Below are positions 1 through 12,240 of a DNA stretch of 63,682 nucleotides, in pieces. Both the position numbers and the translations under genes were made by a program. Each line of letters opens with the position of its first letter. Within the stretch, counting starts at the first letter, position 1. The stretch comes from Octopus bimaculoides (taxonomy: Eukaryota), in NCBI RefSeq assembly GCF_001194135.2, contig NC_068983.1, positions 157,873,681-157,937,362 on the forward strand, given 5' to 3'. The notes below the pieces were generated by a model that did no database searches, was not told where the DNA came from, and saw only the letters and a program-made list of their open reading frames with translations.

Positions 1-18
1 ATATATATATATATATAA

Positions 19-180
19 TTTTTTTTTTCTCCGTGTTTTTCTCCTTGTCTCCGTATTCTTTCTGTTGAAGAGCGTAGCTCGAAACGTCAAAGACTTTCCG
101 TATTCCCGAGCGTCATACTAATATATATTTTGTTATTTACACCACCTGTCCTCGTCTGTTGTTATTATTTGAATATTCTC
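19..180 (+). mobile_element. Penelope-like element terminal (pLTR-type) fragment
   Basis: Carries the GAAACGT hammerhead-type motif in T-rich UTR-like sequence flanked by (TA)n; a related motif lies at about 61370-61410 on the minus strand. Confidence 0.45.
57..93 (+). ncRNA. Minimal type I hammerhead ribozyme motif of Penelope-like element type (core A6 mutated)
   Basis: TCTTT CTGTTGAA GAGC-GTA-GCTC GAAAC GTC AAAGA: stem I 57-61/89-93, stem II 70-73/77-80, GAAA 81-84, palindromic ACGT stem III, GTC cleavage triplet 86-88. Confidence 0.6.
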
Positions 181-227
181 CCATATATATATACATATAT
201 ATACACATATATATATACATATATAAT

Positions 228-1274
228 ACATATATAAAATTGAATTTCTGTCTGTTTGTTTGTTTGTCCGTTAAAATGAAAGTAAAGACGGCAAACCTGT
301 AGGAGTAGTTTCACGCTGGTTCAGATTCTAAACTGAATATTTCAATTCTCCTTGGGTATGCGGCTTATTCAAGCATCAAAAGGAACCGCGACAAATGGGT
401 GTTCCACTTGACCTGTGGCCTTTGCAGTGTCATCGCAAGTTCACTCACATAATAAGTGACCAGGATTCGGTAAAGCTATTTGTCTGTTTGTCTGTTTGTT
501 TGTTTGCCCGTCAAAATGAAAGTGAAGACAGCAAAAATTGTAGGAGTTGTCTTACCCTGGTTCAGATTCAAAACCGCATTCTCCTTGGTCATACGTCCTA
601 TTCAAACGTCAAAAGGAACCGTGACAAATGGGTGTTCTACTTCACCTGTGGCCATTTCAGTGCTATCGCACAGTCAGCTGGATTCAGTAAAGCTCTTGTT
701 CTATATGAAATAGCTATTTTTCTAGCTTGTCGGTTCAGATACAAATGTACAAACTTCTTTGAGATAAGCAGAAAGAATCCTACAGACTCATACGACTCAT
801 ACAGGTAGAACTTGATAGGGAAACAAAAAACATCGACATACCTACAAAAAGACAATTCACATCAACAACATGCATTCCGGCTTACAGATCTGCTTCGCTG
901 TAACTACCGACTGCTACAGTTAAACTCCTCTATCACACAACGCTTGCCTTGCATTCCTGTAATACAAGGTCGGAGATTCAGCGCTAATACTGATAGGACA
1001 CAGCATTTATAATTTCCTGTGACTATTACATACTGATATTCCTTATTAAAAAATGTCTCCTAAGTGAGCGTCAAAAAGCAAAGACCGAACAAACGCACGA
1101 CATGCAGCAGAAAACGAAGATGAGAGAGGCAGACGGCTTTCAGATAATCAACAAAGGAAGAAAGCTCGATGTACATCTGAAACCGAACAGCAAAGAAACG
1201 CACGACTTGCAGATAGCCAACAAAGAATGGCAACTCAACGTGTAGCAGAAAACGAAAATCAAAGAAATGCATGA
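228..1274 (+). mobile_element. Helitron-like element, 5' portion
   Basis: Begins with TATATAAAA followed by (CTGT/TTGT) microrepeats typical of animal Helitron 5' ends. Tandem subunit duplication 250-480/481-697. Frame from ATG 1053 encodes ENEDERGRRL / ETEQQRNARLA / ENENQRNA repeats like RepHel N-termini. Confidence 0.5.
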
Positions 1275-1648
1275 CGTTCCCCAGACTTGACTAGCCTGAA
1301 TCTTTTCTTGTGGGGATACCTGAAAGAGAGGGTTCACGTCAACAAACCGGAGACCCTGGTGCAACTGAAGGAGAACATCAACAGAAAAATCAGAGAAGTG
1401 GGGTCTGAAACTCTTGAAGGTGTTATGGTGCAAGTTTTGGAAAGAGCACGGGCGTACGAAGCCAAAAATGGCTGCTGTTTAAGCGATGTCGTTTTCATAT
1501 GTGATGTAGTGGTGTTGTAAAATTTGACTAATGCATATTAATTTCCATTATGTCCTCTATATTGTATCAAAATTTCATGCCTTCATTTGTTAAGTTAAGG
1601 AAGTTATTAAAAATTGAAACCCATCAGTGACTTTTGGGACACCCTGTA
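1275..1648 (+). mobile_element. Tc1/mariner-superfamily (maT/DD37D-like) transposon, 3' fragment with right TIR
   Basis: RSPDLTSLNLFLWGYLKERVHVNKPETLVQLKENI...NG is a transposase C-terminus; ends TTTTGGGACACCCTG (to 1646) followed by TA. Confidence 0.85.
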
Positions 1649-3720
1649 TATGGATATTGGTTTGATCTTTACCAGAAACCAATATTTACATGTTGCTATA
1701 TGCGACTGGGTTGTTGGAAGATTATATCTCAGGTCGCACATATGTTTCATTTCATTTTCCTTATACACTTATGTCTCTTCGAAAAACATTTTTACTCAAC
1801 TCAAAAATTCTCCATACGTTGTATCAATGATATATGAATATATAAATATATTGAAACGCGTGCATTCTGATGGTGACAGTAAACATAAATATAGTATAGG
1901 ATATATAACTAGATTTGATTTCAAAGAATACGATTAATGTAGGCAATGGCAGAAAACGAATCAGTTTCGTAATTACAAAAACACAGAACAAAAAAAACAA
2001 AATATAACATAAACTGTAACTGCATTCAGTTACTTTATACTTTATATTAAACAGTGATTACTTACTTCTACCTCGAAAAGAAAAATTAAGTAATTCTTGG
2101 CAGGAAGCTACGTCATGAGAATAATTCAAAATACAATGTTAATGACAGGAAAACAATTAGACTACTTCTGAATCAGGAATTTGAAAGACGATGTTCATCC
2201 CTATTTTTGACTATAAACAACCTTTGCTGCAAGGGCAGCCAATTCTGAGAAGTAGAGGCTATTGTAGTAGTGGTAAAAAATGCAATGAGTGGAGACATAA
2301 CATCTGTGGACCTGAAACCGGAGTGTGTTTATGAGTGACTTAATGCCATATACTTGAATGACCTTTCATCCGATATGGTCTAGGATATCTGTGTGGTTAA
2401 GAAAGTGAGGGTAGAATAAAAATGCTGTATTTAGGAAAAAGATAAACAAAAAACAAAACGGAGTTTATGAAGCAAATGTTATTTAAGAATGATTCTTGGC
2501 GAAATATCAAACTCCAGAAGACATATTAAGAAAATACGTGTCGGTTAGAGAAATATAAAATGGACAGCAGTAAGGCAGGGGGCATAACTGGAACTAGATT
2601 GCAAATGAAAATTACTATTTAAACAGATTGAGTTAGTAATTAAAATATTTAAATTAAGTTAAATAAAGGTGATTATATAGGTCATACTAAAGTTAATTAA
2701 TGTTGTATCTTGAGGCGGGGAGGCAACAATTAAATAAACTTTAATTAGTAAGAGAGAGAGTCTTAGGATGTATCAGTAGAATGAAAAGGAAGGATAGGGT
2801 ATACTAAAATCAATTAAAGGGATTAAATTAAATTATATTAAATCAATTAGCACTAAGTGATCTACGTAAACGTGTGATATGATTTAACCCAAACGTTATA
2901 GGATTTAAAAATACGTAAGTGGTACAATGAAGTAACTATAGGAGTAGGAGCAGAAGAAAGAAATAAATCACTGAAAATAAGTATCTTGGAGACTACATGG
3001 AGTGATTTAAACCATGAAAGTCAGGGGGGTAAAACAAGTTATTGAAACTGAATCAAAAGATATAAGGGTAAAAAGTAAAAATAATTATAGAATGAGTACA
3101 TTAATAGAAGGTAAATAAGAAACGCAGCTTGCCTTTAATAATCCTTTCATTTATTTACTTATTCTATCACGTTTATCCTATTTCTTTTTGCCCAATAAAC
3201 CAGTTCCAATAACTAACTTCTGCCTTCACCACGACGTTTCTTTGATTAACATTTTTAACACGGTTCACCGCACATTTTGCTAGTTCAGTAGTATTAGTTG
3301 TTTTAGTATAATTTAATTTAATGCTTATAAATTATCTATTAATATAGATAGCTTCTCGCTATGTTTGTCCTTCCCACAAAAGGAGATAACTCTGATCATA
3401 CTAGAACCTTGTTTGCTGTAAACTAACTAGAGTTACCGTCATATAACTAGTTATGCTGGATAATACCAAATATGTAAGACATACTTAAACAGTGTTATTA
3501 TCGAAAGCGCATGTTTATCGCAAATGTGCAAATAATAAATTTGTTTTAAATCTATTTCAATTTATGATTTTTATTTCGAAAATTATCATTAATTTCATTA
3601 TTATAAGTGTTACGAAATTTTAATTACTGATGTTACCCACTGCTCGTTGCATGGCCGGTAACACTCTTATGTTGATAAAATGCATTCTTCGCATATTCTA
3701 CTGAGGCAGCTTAAAACTCT

Positions 3721-3840
3721 CGAGGTCGACTTTGCTTTCCAACCTTTCGGAATCGATAAAATAAGTACCAGCCGAGCACCGGGGTCGACATAATCAACTT
3801 ACTCCCTCCTGAAATTTCTGGTGTTGTGCCAAAATTTGAA
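3721..3840 (+). mobile_element. tRNA-derived SINE family A, 5'-truncated
   Basis: Central GGTCGACTTTGC..CCTTTCGG..TCGATAAAATAAGTACCAG domain and GTGCCAAAATTTGAA tail shared with many copies in the window. Confidence 0.75.
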
Positions 3841-3870
3841 ATGAATTTTAATTAGGAATTTCAAAAAGTT

Positions 3871-3939
<69 letters not shown>
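3871..3939 (+). repeat. (CTA)n microsatellite
   Basis: About 23 perfect CTA units. Confidence 0.95.
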
Positions 3940-4419
3940 TTACATAAAGACACATAATTATTGTTATAACTATTATTCCTATGATATGTATATATATAAA
4001 TATACATTAATCCTTCGCTTTACGCAAGTAATGCGTTCCTGAAAACTTAGCCGTAACGAGAAAGTTCGTAGTGTGAAGTTAATTTTCCTGCTGATTGTCA
4101 TATTATCAAGTGGGAGTACGTTTCTACGGACTTGTTCGAAAAAAAAAAAGAAAAAAAGAAAGACGCACAATAAAACAACAGAGGACAAGCAACACGATCA
4201 CCTTTATACATGAAAATACCAATTTCTAAACAAACACGATACGATATAGATACATAAAAGCACAAAAACATTTCAAGAGGAACACGTTGGGGAACTAATA
4301 AGAATCGTAATATCGTACGAGTACGTTCATATCATGAAAGATATATGAGAGGGTGAAGGGCGGTGGTGGAATGAGCGCATTCTAGGAAGATGAGGGAAAA
4401 TATTAATTATCGTATAGTT

Positions 4420-4840
4420 CAATATCACCGACATCAGCTTGAGTGGGGAAGAACTTATCTAAAGTTGTTAGTTGTTTATGATGCATCATTTCTTTGTACA
4501 GCTCAGTATAGGAACTGAGTTCACTGTAAACTCCTCTTGTAATTTTTGTTACGTTCACAATTGGGATCATTATCAGCAAAAATCTGCGGACCTTTCTCTA
4601 TAAGTGCCAACCCTTTAGCAGAAATTATTGTAGCCAATTTAAGTGGCTCATCTGCATTCTCGGTTTGTTCTTTTTTCTTAAAAAAATCAGGTCCTGGTTA
4701 TTCTTTTACTTATTTCAGTCATATGACTGCGGCCACGCTAGAGCACCGCCTTTTGAAAGAAATATGGAACGCTTCACGAATTTGCGTGTCATAAACTTTC
4801 TTTCTTGGACACTAGCAACTCAATCACATCATCCTCTATA
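4420..4840 (-). mobile_element. Tigger/pogo-like transposase C-terminal remnant, interrupted by a SINE tail
   Basis: Minus-strand peptides DDVIELLVSKKESL, then KGLALIEKGPQIFADNDPNCER, then after a frameshift ITRGVYSELSSYTELYKEMMHHKQLTLDKFF; resembles Tigger C-termini (DPNxER...Y.E.Y...KQ.TLD.F). Confidence 0.7.
4698..4754 (-). mobile_element. 3' end of SINE family B inserted in the Tigger remnant
   Basis: AAGGCGGTGCTCTAGCGTGGCCGCAGTCATATGACTGAAATAAGTAAAAGAATAA matches the tails at 24114-24160 and 48720-48780. Confidence 0.8.
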
Positions 4841-5189
4841 TAAAATATAGAAATACTCAAAATTTCTATACTGCATATAGAAATACTCAAAATTCACCAA
4901 CTCAGTACAACTCTTGAAGTATCGCATACACTCTATTTTTTGGTAAGTCTCACAAAAGTTATTGCGTAACATTCGAATATTACCTCTATGGATTAGTTCG
5001 AAAACATATCACATTTTAATTACGTTTATGTTTAAAAGTATATGTTTAAAAGTAGGCCAAAGCAGGATATGTATTCCTTCAGAAGTGTCGAGAAATATAT
5101 TCCGAATATTTTGAGTCTATTTCATAGTCTTACAATGTTTGGAATTTGAGAGAATTGCAGAAACTGTGACATTGTCTATTAGAACTGCC

Positions 5190-5765
5190 TTGTACTCACT
5201 GCCATTCGCATGCTAAATCCGTCGCCATTAATATAGGAAAGCAGTGAAAAATTTCTTATGCTTCAGTTACTTGTAGGGCTGAATAAAAATCTGTTATATG
5301 TAACAGTTATTGTACTAGATTAGATTAACCATCTGTGTATCATACTTAATGCAAATTAAGGCGAATTGAGTTCGGTATTCGTCCGGAGATAATGCCTCTT
5401 ACGAACGTGCTATGCTTAAAAACAGAAATGCACGAGCAGCAGATGAAAATCGTCCAACAACAGAGGCGAAAATTCTCGTTAGCATTTTTGCCTTATTCGA
5501 CTTTCAATAGTATGTGCTCACTGACAGTAGCATGCCAAGACAAAATTAGTCACTACCGATATAGGAAAATAGTGATAAAAAATCACTAATCTTGCCATTA
5601 CTCGTTGGGCTGAATAAAAATTCATTATATGCAACAGAAGCAGAATTAGATTGAATAGTCATCTGTATATCATACTTTATCTAGCCGGGTTGTTAAATGG
5701 ATCACTAGTGGTTGTTCAATCACTGTTTTCCTATATCCGTAGTGACAAATTTTGTTTTGGCATAC
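5190..5765. repeat. Decayed foldback/MITE-like structure
   Basis: 45-bp inverted repeat 5532-5576/5719-5763 (41/45 matches) plus a diverged direct repeat, about 5190-5330 versus 5510-5680. Confidence 0.6.
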
Positions 5766-5957
5766 GAATCAGAAATGTGTATCCAGCATCCTCACAGGCG
5801 TTGCTTGACGATTTTCGTCTACTACTCATATATTCGTGTTTTTAAACGCAGTGCATCGATAGCACATAGTATTTCCGGGCGAATGTGCAGTTAATTTGCG
5901 TTTTCTCGATGTAGTTGCATTAAGACTAATACACAGGGGGCTCTCCCCGCTCCACTC

Positions 5958-5960
<3 letters not shown>

Positions 5961-6029
<69 letters not shown>

Positions 6030-6238
6030 ATATACACATATATATATGCATACATACGTACATACATACATACATACATATATATATGCACACATACATC
6101 TTACTGTATTTATATGTATCTCTATATTTGTCTATCTGTCTATCTCTATATGAAGATATATTTGTCAATATACACTGACATATAAATGTGTATCTATCTA
6201 TATATAGATATAGATATAGATATATCTATATCTATATC

Positions 6239-6317
<79 letters not shown>
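5961..6317. repeat. Compound (CT)n/(TA)n/(CATA)n microsatellite cluster
   Basis: Directly visible. Confidence 0.95.
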
Positions 6318-6319
<2 letters not shown>

Positions 6320-6829
6320 TACTAAATTTAGATTTCTGTTTCACTGAGGGCAAACTAGGATTGAATGGTAAATGTGTTTGCATTACTCTAAAACAGTGTT
6401 CTCGTGCAGATGTACAAAACCAGTTTTATTTTAAAGGGAACAGAAGCAAGTGTATGAAAAAAATCAAAATCACGTCTCTTTCGTGACACTATGTTGGTTC
6501 AGTTGCATCAAATGTTTTCTACAAAAAATTCTCACCTTGTTATAAAATGTGTAAAATCACACAGGCACATATAGTAGACGAAACACCACACAAGAGTAAA
6601 TCAAACTCAGTAGACCAAATTTTATACAGGTAGAATTATATGGTTAATATGGGATTAAATATAAATTATAGTTTAAACCTTCAGAGTTCGTGTAAAAAAA
6701 GAGATATGCAAGCATGCAAATATTTCTACAGCAACGACTCATTTGGGAACGACCGCAATCATCTAAGCTTTGAATATTCTATTAATGGATGAAAGTGTGG
6801 GCGAGCGTGCGTGCGTCCTTGTGCGTGCG

Positions 6830-6979
6830 TGCGTCCATGTGTGTGTGTGTGTGTGTGTATGTGTGTGCGTATGTGTGTTTGCATGCTTATGATTAATAGA
6901 CACACACACACACACACATATATATTTATATATACGTATATATATATATTGTTGATCTTACCACCACGGAACAGTATAA

Positions 6980-7048
<69 letters not shown>

Positions 7049-7130
7049 GTGTGTGTATGTATGTTTGTATGTATGTGTGTATGTGTGTGTGCGGGTGGGT
7101 GGATGGGTGTGTGTGTATCTATATGTATAT
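6830..7130. repeat. Compound (TG)n/(CA)n/(TATC)n microsatellite cluster
   Basis: Directly visible. Confidence 0.95.
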
Positions 7131-7701
7131 GCATATAAACATTATTATATTTAGACTGAAACTAAGATCTGAACATTAAAAAAATAATAAGACCTTTGTA
7201 AAGAGCTCGATTACCTCCCATGGAGGAATAGAAATCTCAAGAAGATATAACGGTAAGCAAAATAGGAAACATAAAGAGAGACTATGTTTTTCCACATATT
7301 TGTTTGTGAGAACTTAGTTATTAATTACTACACAAATAATTAAATAAGTTGTTCATTCAAACCCTAATTATATATCAAGCTACAACATCCTCATGGAATA
7401 TATTATGCTCAGTGAAAAATAAAAGAAGGAAAAAACTACGAAAATGTTTTAAATTGAATCATTTTGTCACGATCTATTGTTTTATTCTTACTAAAGTGGA
7501 TCCCAGTAAACTTGATGCAGCAAATCAAGAAATTTTAACTAACATCACATTTATAGTGATGCAATAACCTTGAAGAGATGGCATGTCACTGATGAAGTAG
7601 TGAATAGCGAGGAAACGACTTTGACAAATTGAGGTGATTGATTGATTGTTCGAATGACTAATCAAGCAACCGATTAGTTAACCGGTTAAACGCTAACGAA
7701 T

Positions 7702-7704
<3 letters not shown>

Positions 7705-7747
<43 letters not shown>

Positions 7748-7778
7748 TAATAATAATAACAACAACAACAATAATAAT
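7705..7778 (+). repeat. (AAT)n/(AAC)n microsatellite
   Basis: Directly visible. Confidence 0.95.
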
Positions 7779-9122
7779 AGTAAAAGGAGTGAAATAGTAC
7801 CAATGCGTGTGTTTCTTATTGGCACAATGACCCTCTCGAGATACAGCAAAACTGTTTCAACGCATGTGTTCATATCAAGAATCTTGCAAAGCCAATACAA
7901 AAGAAAAAAAGAAAAAAAGAAAAAAAGAAAACTAAAAAAAAAAAATTGAAATGAATTAAATATGGATTGATGTGGATAAGTGGATGGGATGGCAACAACT
8001 GGAACGCCTATGATACTATAACGAGTACAACAGCTACATCATCATGATCTTCGTCAACAACAGCAGCAACAACAGCAACAACAATAATAACAACACCAAA
8101 GTCATTACGACGAATTCTTTAGAAAAATCAGCAAACATCTTCGCTCTTTAAAAGTCAGTGTTATGCAACGATCTGACCATATAAAAGAAACATCAGCCTG
8201 TATCTATATAAAGTTGTCACATCTCGCTTCGTGTCTTTTGGTATATAATTTTCATAATGTCGACCATTTTATCTCTCTAATTACAAGAATTACAATCTGA
8301 GGTTGTTGCCCGAAGAAAATAAATCAACTTTTCTGTTGTAACTGATTTGCTGGCGAGTGTCAATAATAACGCTATTACTGTTATAAATATAACCGTGTTC
8401 TACATTATTCTATTAAAACAAACATTGAATAACGTATCAAAATATAACATGAACAAACCTGCGTGTTAAAAGCTTTGATCTTTTTCTTGACATCAACCCG
8501 ATCAATTACTGAGTCTTTACAAGTTCTAAATGTGACACACATTGGGACGGTGTTACTGAAACAGGCATATCACAAACCGATACACCAGAACGATTTGTTT
8601 TCAGATATGTTGCTTTATCTATCTGCATGTTCTATCGCTAACGATTGGCTTTCGTATATGCTGCTTGGTCTATCTGCATGCTCTACCGCTACTACAATGT
8701 CTTCTTTTCTTCTAAACAAGAAACCCGAATACCATTTCAACGAAGACCACGCGATATTCTTGTATTCTTTCCCTCTTTCCGACCTCTGTATTAAACACTT
8801 TGCTTAATGTTAACTCTCTAGAAATACAGATCTCTTGAATTCTCACATTCTACTTTTATACATATATCAATCGCATCGATCTCGTTGGCTCTGGGGTGCG
8901 TTTACAAAAGCCATGGACACCAAACCTATTCCATTAATGTTTTCTGGTCACTTAATTCTAACAAGCACACAAAAATTCAATTTTCCGTTGTTTCCATAAA
9001 TAAATCACAGAAGCAGTATAACTGCTTCTGTACTCTTTTAATGTCATTCACAACCATCAATAACTGTAACCATTATCTTAGTAATAATCACTTCCTCAGG
9101 AACAATGATGATGACGACGACG

Positions 9123-9204
<82 letters not shown>

Positions 9205-9299
9205 TAATAGCAACAAAAACTAAATCCTGAATCTAATGCAGAACAAAAAATGGACGTACAGAAGGCAAATAAATCGACCGTGATGAACAATAATAAAGC

Positions 9300-9720
9300 A
9301 TGCCTTTACAACATTTCCGTGAATTCGAGTTGAATGGGGAAGCTGAGGCAACAGCATTCGTTATACAGGAGCAGGCTATTATTTCTGAATATATTGAAAG
9401 GAATATTCACAGCTCTTTCAATATAAATGATATGTCGCTTATGTGGAGCATTTCCTGTGACAATACTTCACGTTGTATCAGGATGTCCCACACCAGCTCC
9501 TACAAAATATATTTGAGACACAATAATGTAGCAAAACAGCTATACATTGATCTAGCCATTAAATTGCAACTGATTCAAGGAAACATTTTCTGGTACACGT
9601 AAGAATCTGTAGCCGCCTAGAAAATGGCTAAATGCCCTGGTATTTCAGCATACAGAAATACAATGAAATAGTACATAATAAGCCCGAAATCGGTCTAAAG
9701 GCAGTAAATAATAACAGCGT
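9300..9720 (+). mobile_element. R4/Dong-type RLE LINE fragment
   Basis: LNGEAEATAFVIQEQAI, a frameshifted CRLCG...ILHVVSGC zinc knuckle, and LRHNNVAKQLY; follows the (AAT)n array at 9124-9213. Confidence 0.7.
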
Positions 9721-9820
9721 ATTTATCACCAACATATCAGTACCAAAATATATTACAGTACAATATATTTATAATAATAATGGTGTATATTAAAATAATA
9801 ATAATAATGGTATATATTAA

Positions 9821-9867
<47 letters not shown>

Positions 9868-9868
<1 letters not shown>

Positions 9869-10080
9869 CCTTTCTACTATAGGCAAAGGCCTGAAATTTT
9901 ATGGGGAGGAGTAAGTCAATTACATCGACCCCACTGCGTAAGTGGTACTTATTTAGTCGATCCCGAAAGGATGAAAGGAAAAGTCAACCTCGGCGGAATT
10001 TGAACTCAGAATGTAGCGACGGGCGAAACACCGCTAAGCATTTCGTCCAGCGTGCTAACAATTCTGCCAGCTCGCTGCCT
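9868..10080 (-). mobile_element. SINE family A, full length, embedded in (TAA)n
   Basis: Head AGGCAGCGAGCTGGCAGAATTG (A box), GAGTTCAAATT (B box), central domain, and tail CCTATAGTAGAAAGGA(TTA)n; (TAA)n on both flanks. Confidence 0.9.
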
Positions 10081-10118
10081 TAATAATAATGATAATGATG
10101 ATGATGATGATGATGATG

Positions 10119-10179
<61 letters not shown>

Positions 10180-10189
10180 TAATAATAAT

Positions 10190-11559
10190 GCATAAGGCAT
10201 ATGGTTGCTAAGTGGTGAAATGATGAAGGCAATTCAACCTCAATACCTGGGAATACTTGAGGCAGATGGAATCAAATACCACGACATGAAGGAAAAGACA
10301 AAAAGAGAGTACATGCGGCTAGTGAGAAAAATATTGGCTTCAAAGCTGAATGCCAGAAACAATTTCGGCAATAAACACGTGCGCAATCGCAGCAGTTCGG
10401 TATGCCTCTGGAATCTCGAAGTGGACAGGAGAGGAACTAAAGGAGATGCAGAAGAAGTTAAGAAAGCTCCAAACGATGTATGGAGCCCATTATCCACGTG
10501 CAGACACTGACCGCTTATACATAAAGAAAATGGAGGAAGGCGACTGATAAGTGTGGAAGACTGCATGCGTACCGAACTCGCGAGCTTAATGAGAGCCTAA
10601 AGTAAGGAAACCTTGCTAGTGACAGACAGGAACGAAGGAGTATTGAGAGCAGAGAAAAAAAGGGGGAAAACTAAGGAAGAGGTACAAAAAGGACAGGAAG
10701 AAGAGTCACGCAAGAAGGGACTACACAATAAATTCCATGGAACTACAACAGAAGTTGCTGGAAAAAATAGGTGGGAATGGCTGATGAAAGGAACACTAAA
10801 AAAAGGAAACCGAGAACACTATACTGGCAGCACAAGACCAAGCTTTGGTCATGAACTGGAGGGTCAAACTTAGGAATGAGCAGGTGTCTCCGCTGTGCCG
10901 CATCTGCAATAGAGTGGGTAAAACCATTGCCCATATCACGAACGAATGCCCTAAACTTGCTCAAAAGCACTACAAGTTGTGGCGACACGACCAGGTAGCG
11001 AAAGCGCTACATTGGAAACTGTGCGAAAAGTGGGGGCTAGAGAGAAGCAAGGTGTGGTATGAGAACAAATCGCAGAAATTGGCGGTGTCGGTGACTAGCA
11101 AAATCCTCTGGGATTTCCCAATCCAAACAGATCAGGTGCTAGATCATAACAGACCGGACCTAGTGGTGGTTGACAAGGTGCACCACATATGCTATATTGT
11201 TGATGTTGCATGCCCCTTTGACCCATGAATAGTGAAGAAAGAAGGCAAAAAGATAGATAGATACAACCTTCTTAAGTACGAAATTACACGGCTATGGAAA
11301 ATGAAGTTGAAGATAGTGCCGATTATTGTTGGGTCCTTGAGAACAGTATCAGAAGGGATCAAGGGGAATATAAAGAAAATTGGAATAGAGTGCCCAGTAG
11401 AACTGTTACAAAAGGTTTGCCTCCTTGGCACGACTAGAATAATCAAGAAAGTATTAGATAGCTGAACAGATCGAATAGAACGGTGCCGCAGGCTGCAGGT
11501 AGTAAGCCTGCTATGGATGCAAGACTCCAGGAGCTTCAACAAAACCTGTGATAAAGTGA
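10190..11559 (+). mobile_element. R4/Dong-type non-LTR retrotransposon, 5'-truncated
   Basis: Frameshifted ORF pieces: YLGILEADGI (RT end), CRICNRVGKTIAHITNEC (CCHC), RHDQVAKALHW, NRPDLVVVDK...IVDVACPFD and KIDRY (RLE), IVPIIVGSL. 3' UTR has a GCAGGC/GCCTGC hairpin; (TAA)n on both sides. Confidence 0.92.
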
Positions 11560-11577
11560 TAATAATAATCATAATCA

Positions 11578-11791
11578 TCTTTTCTACCCTTGGCACAAGG
11601 CCTGAACTTTTGGGGGAGAGGAAAAGTCGATTACATCGACCCCACTGTTTGACTGGTACTTAATTTATCAATCCCGAAAGGATGAAAGGCAAAGTTGACC
11701 TCAGCGGAATGTGAACTCAGAACGTGAAAACGAACAAAATGCTACTAAGCATTTTGCCCGGCATGCTAACGATTCTTCCAGCTCACTGCCT
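11578..11791 (-). mobile_element. SINE family A, full length
   Basis: Same head, central domain and tail as 9868-10080; sits between short TAA runs. Confidence 0.9.
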
Positions 11792-11794
11792 TAA

Positions 11795-12226
11795 TAACAA
11801 GGCAAATAGACCAGATATAGTTGTCAAAGATCATGAAGAAAAAAAATGCTTTCCAATTGATGTATCAATACCAGCAGATGACAACGTTTCTCTAAAAGAA
11901 ATGGAAAAACTTTCAAAATACAAAGACCTGGAAATAGAGGTAACTCGAATGTGGAATCTAAAAACAGAAACAATTCCTATCATAGTAGGTGCCTTAGGTA
12001 TAATAAAAAAAATATTCAGACAAATACATAACAAAAACACCAGGACTTACAAATATATATAACATACAGAAAATTGCACTACTGGGGACTGCACACATCC
12101 TACGCAAAACACTTTCAATACAGTAACCATAAGAGCACCACAGCAAACCACAGCACATACCCAAGGCGCACAGAGCCGCGCTCGGTAGTGAAGTGAAAGC
12201 ACGTTATAAAAATAAAACTACTGAAC
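11795..12226 (+). mobile_element. R4/Dong-type LINE, second subfamily, RLE plus 3' UTR
   Basis: NRPDIVVKDHEEKKCFPIDVSIPADDNVSLKEMEKLSKYKDLEIEVTRMW...IPIIVGALG; 3' UTR GAGCCGCGCTCGGTAGTGAAGTGAAAGCACG..CTACTGAA followed by (TAA)n. Confidence 0.92.
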
Positions 12227-12240
12227 AATAATAATAATAA

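Noticed and set aside
2100-3130. Purine-rich tract, possible LINE remnant
   Set aside because: Too decayed to assign; no diagnostic motif found.
3635-3675. Hairpin as a possible Helitron 3' end
   Set aside because: The stem is bulged and the terminal CTRR is missing; it cannot be linked to the 5' piece at 228.
8463-8807. 114-aa ORF with a short internal duplication
   Set aside because: No recognisable domain or splice context; explained by a local ~50-bp tandem duplication.
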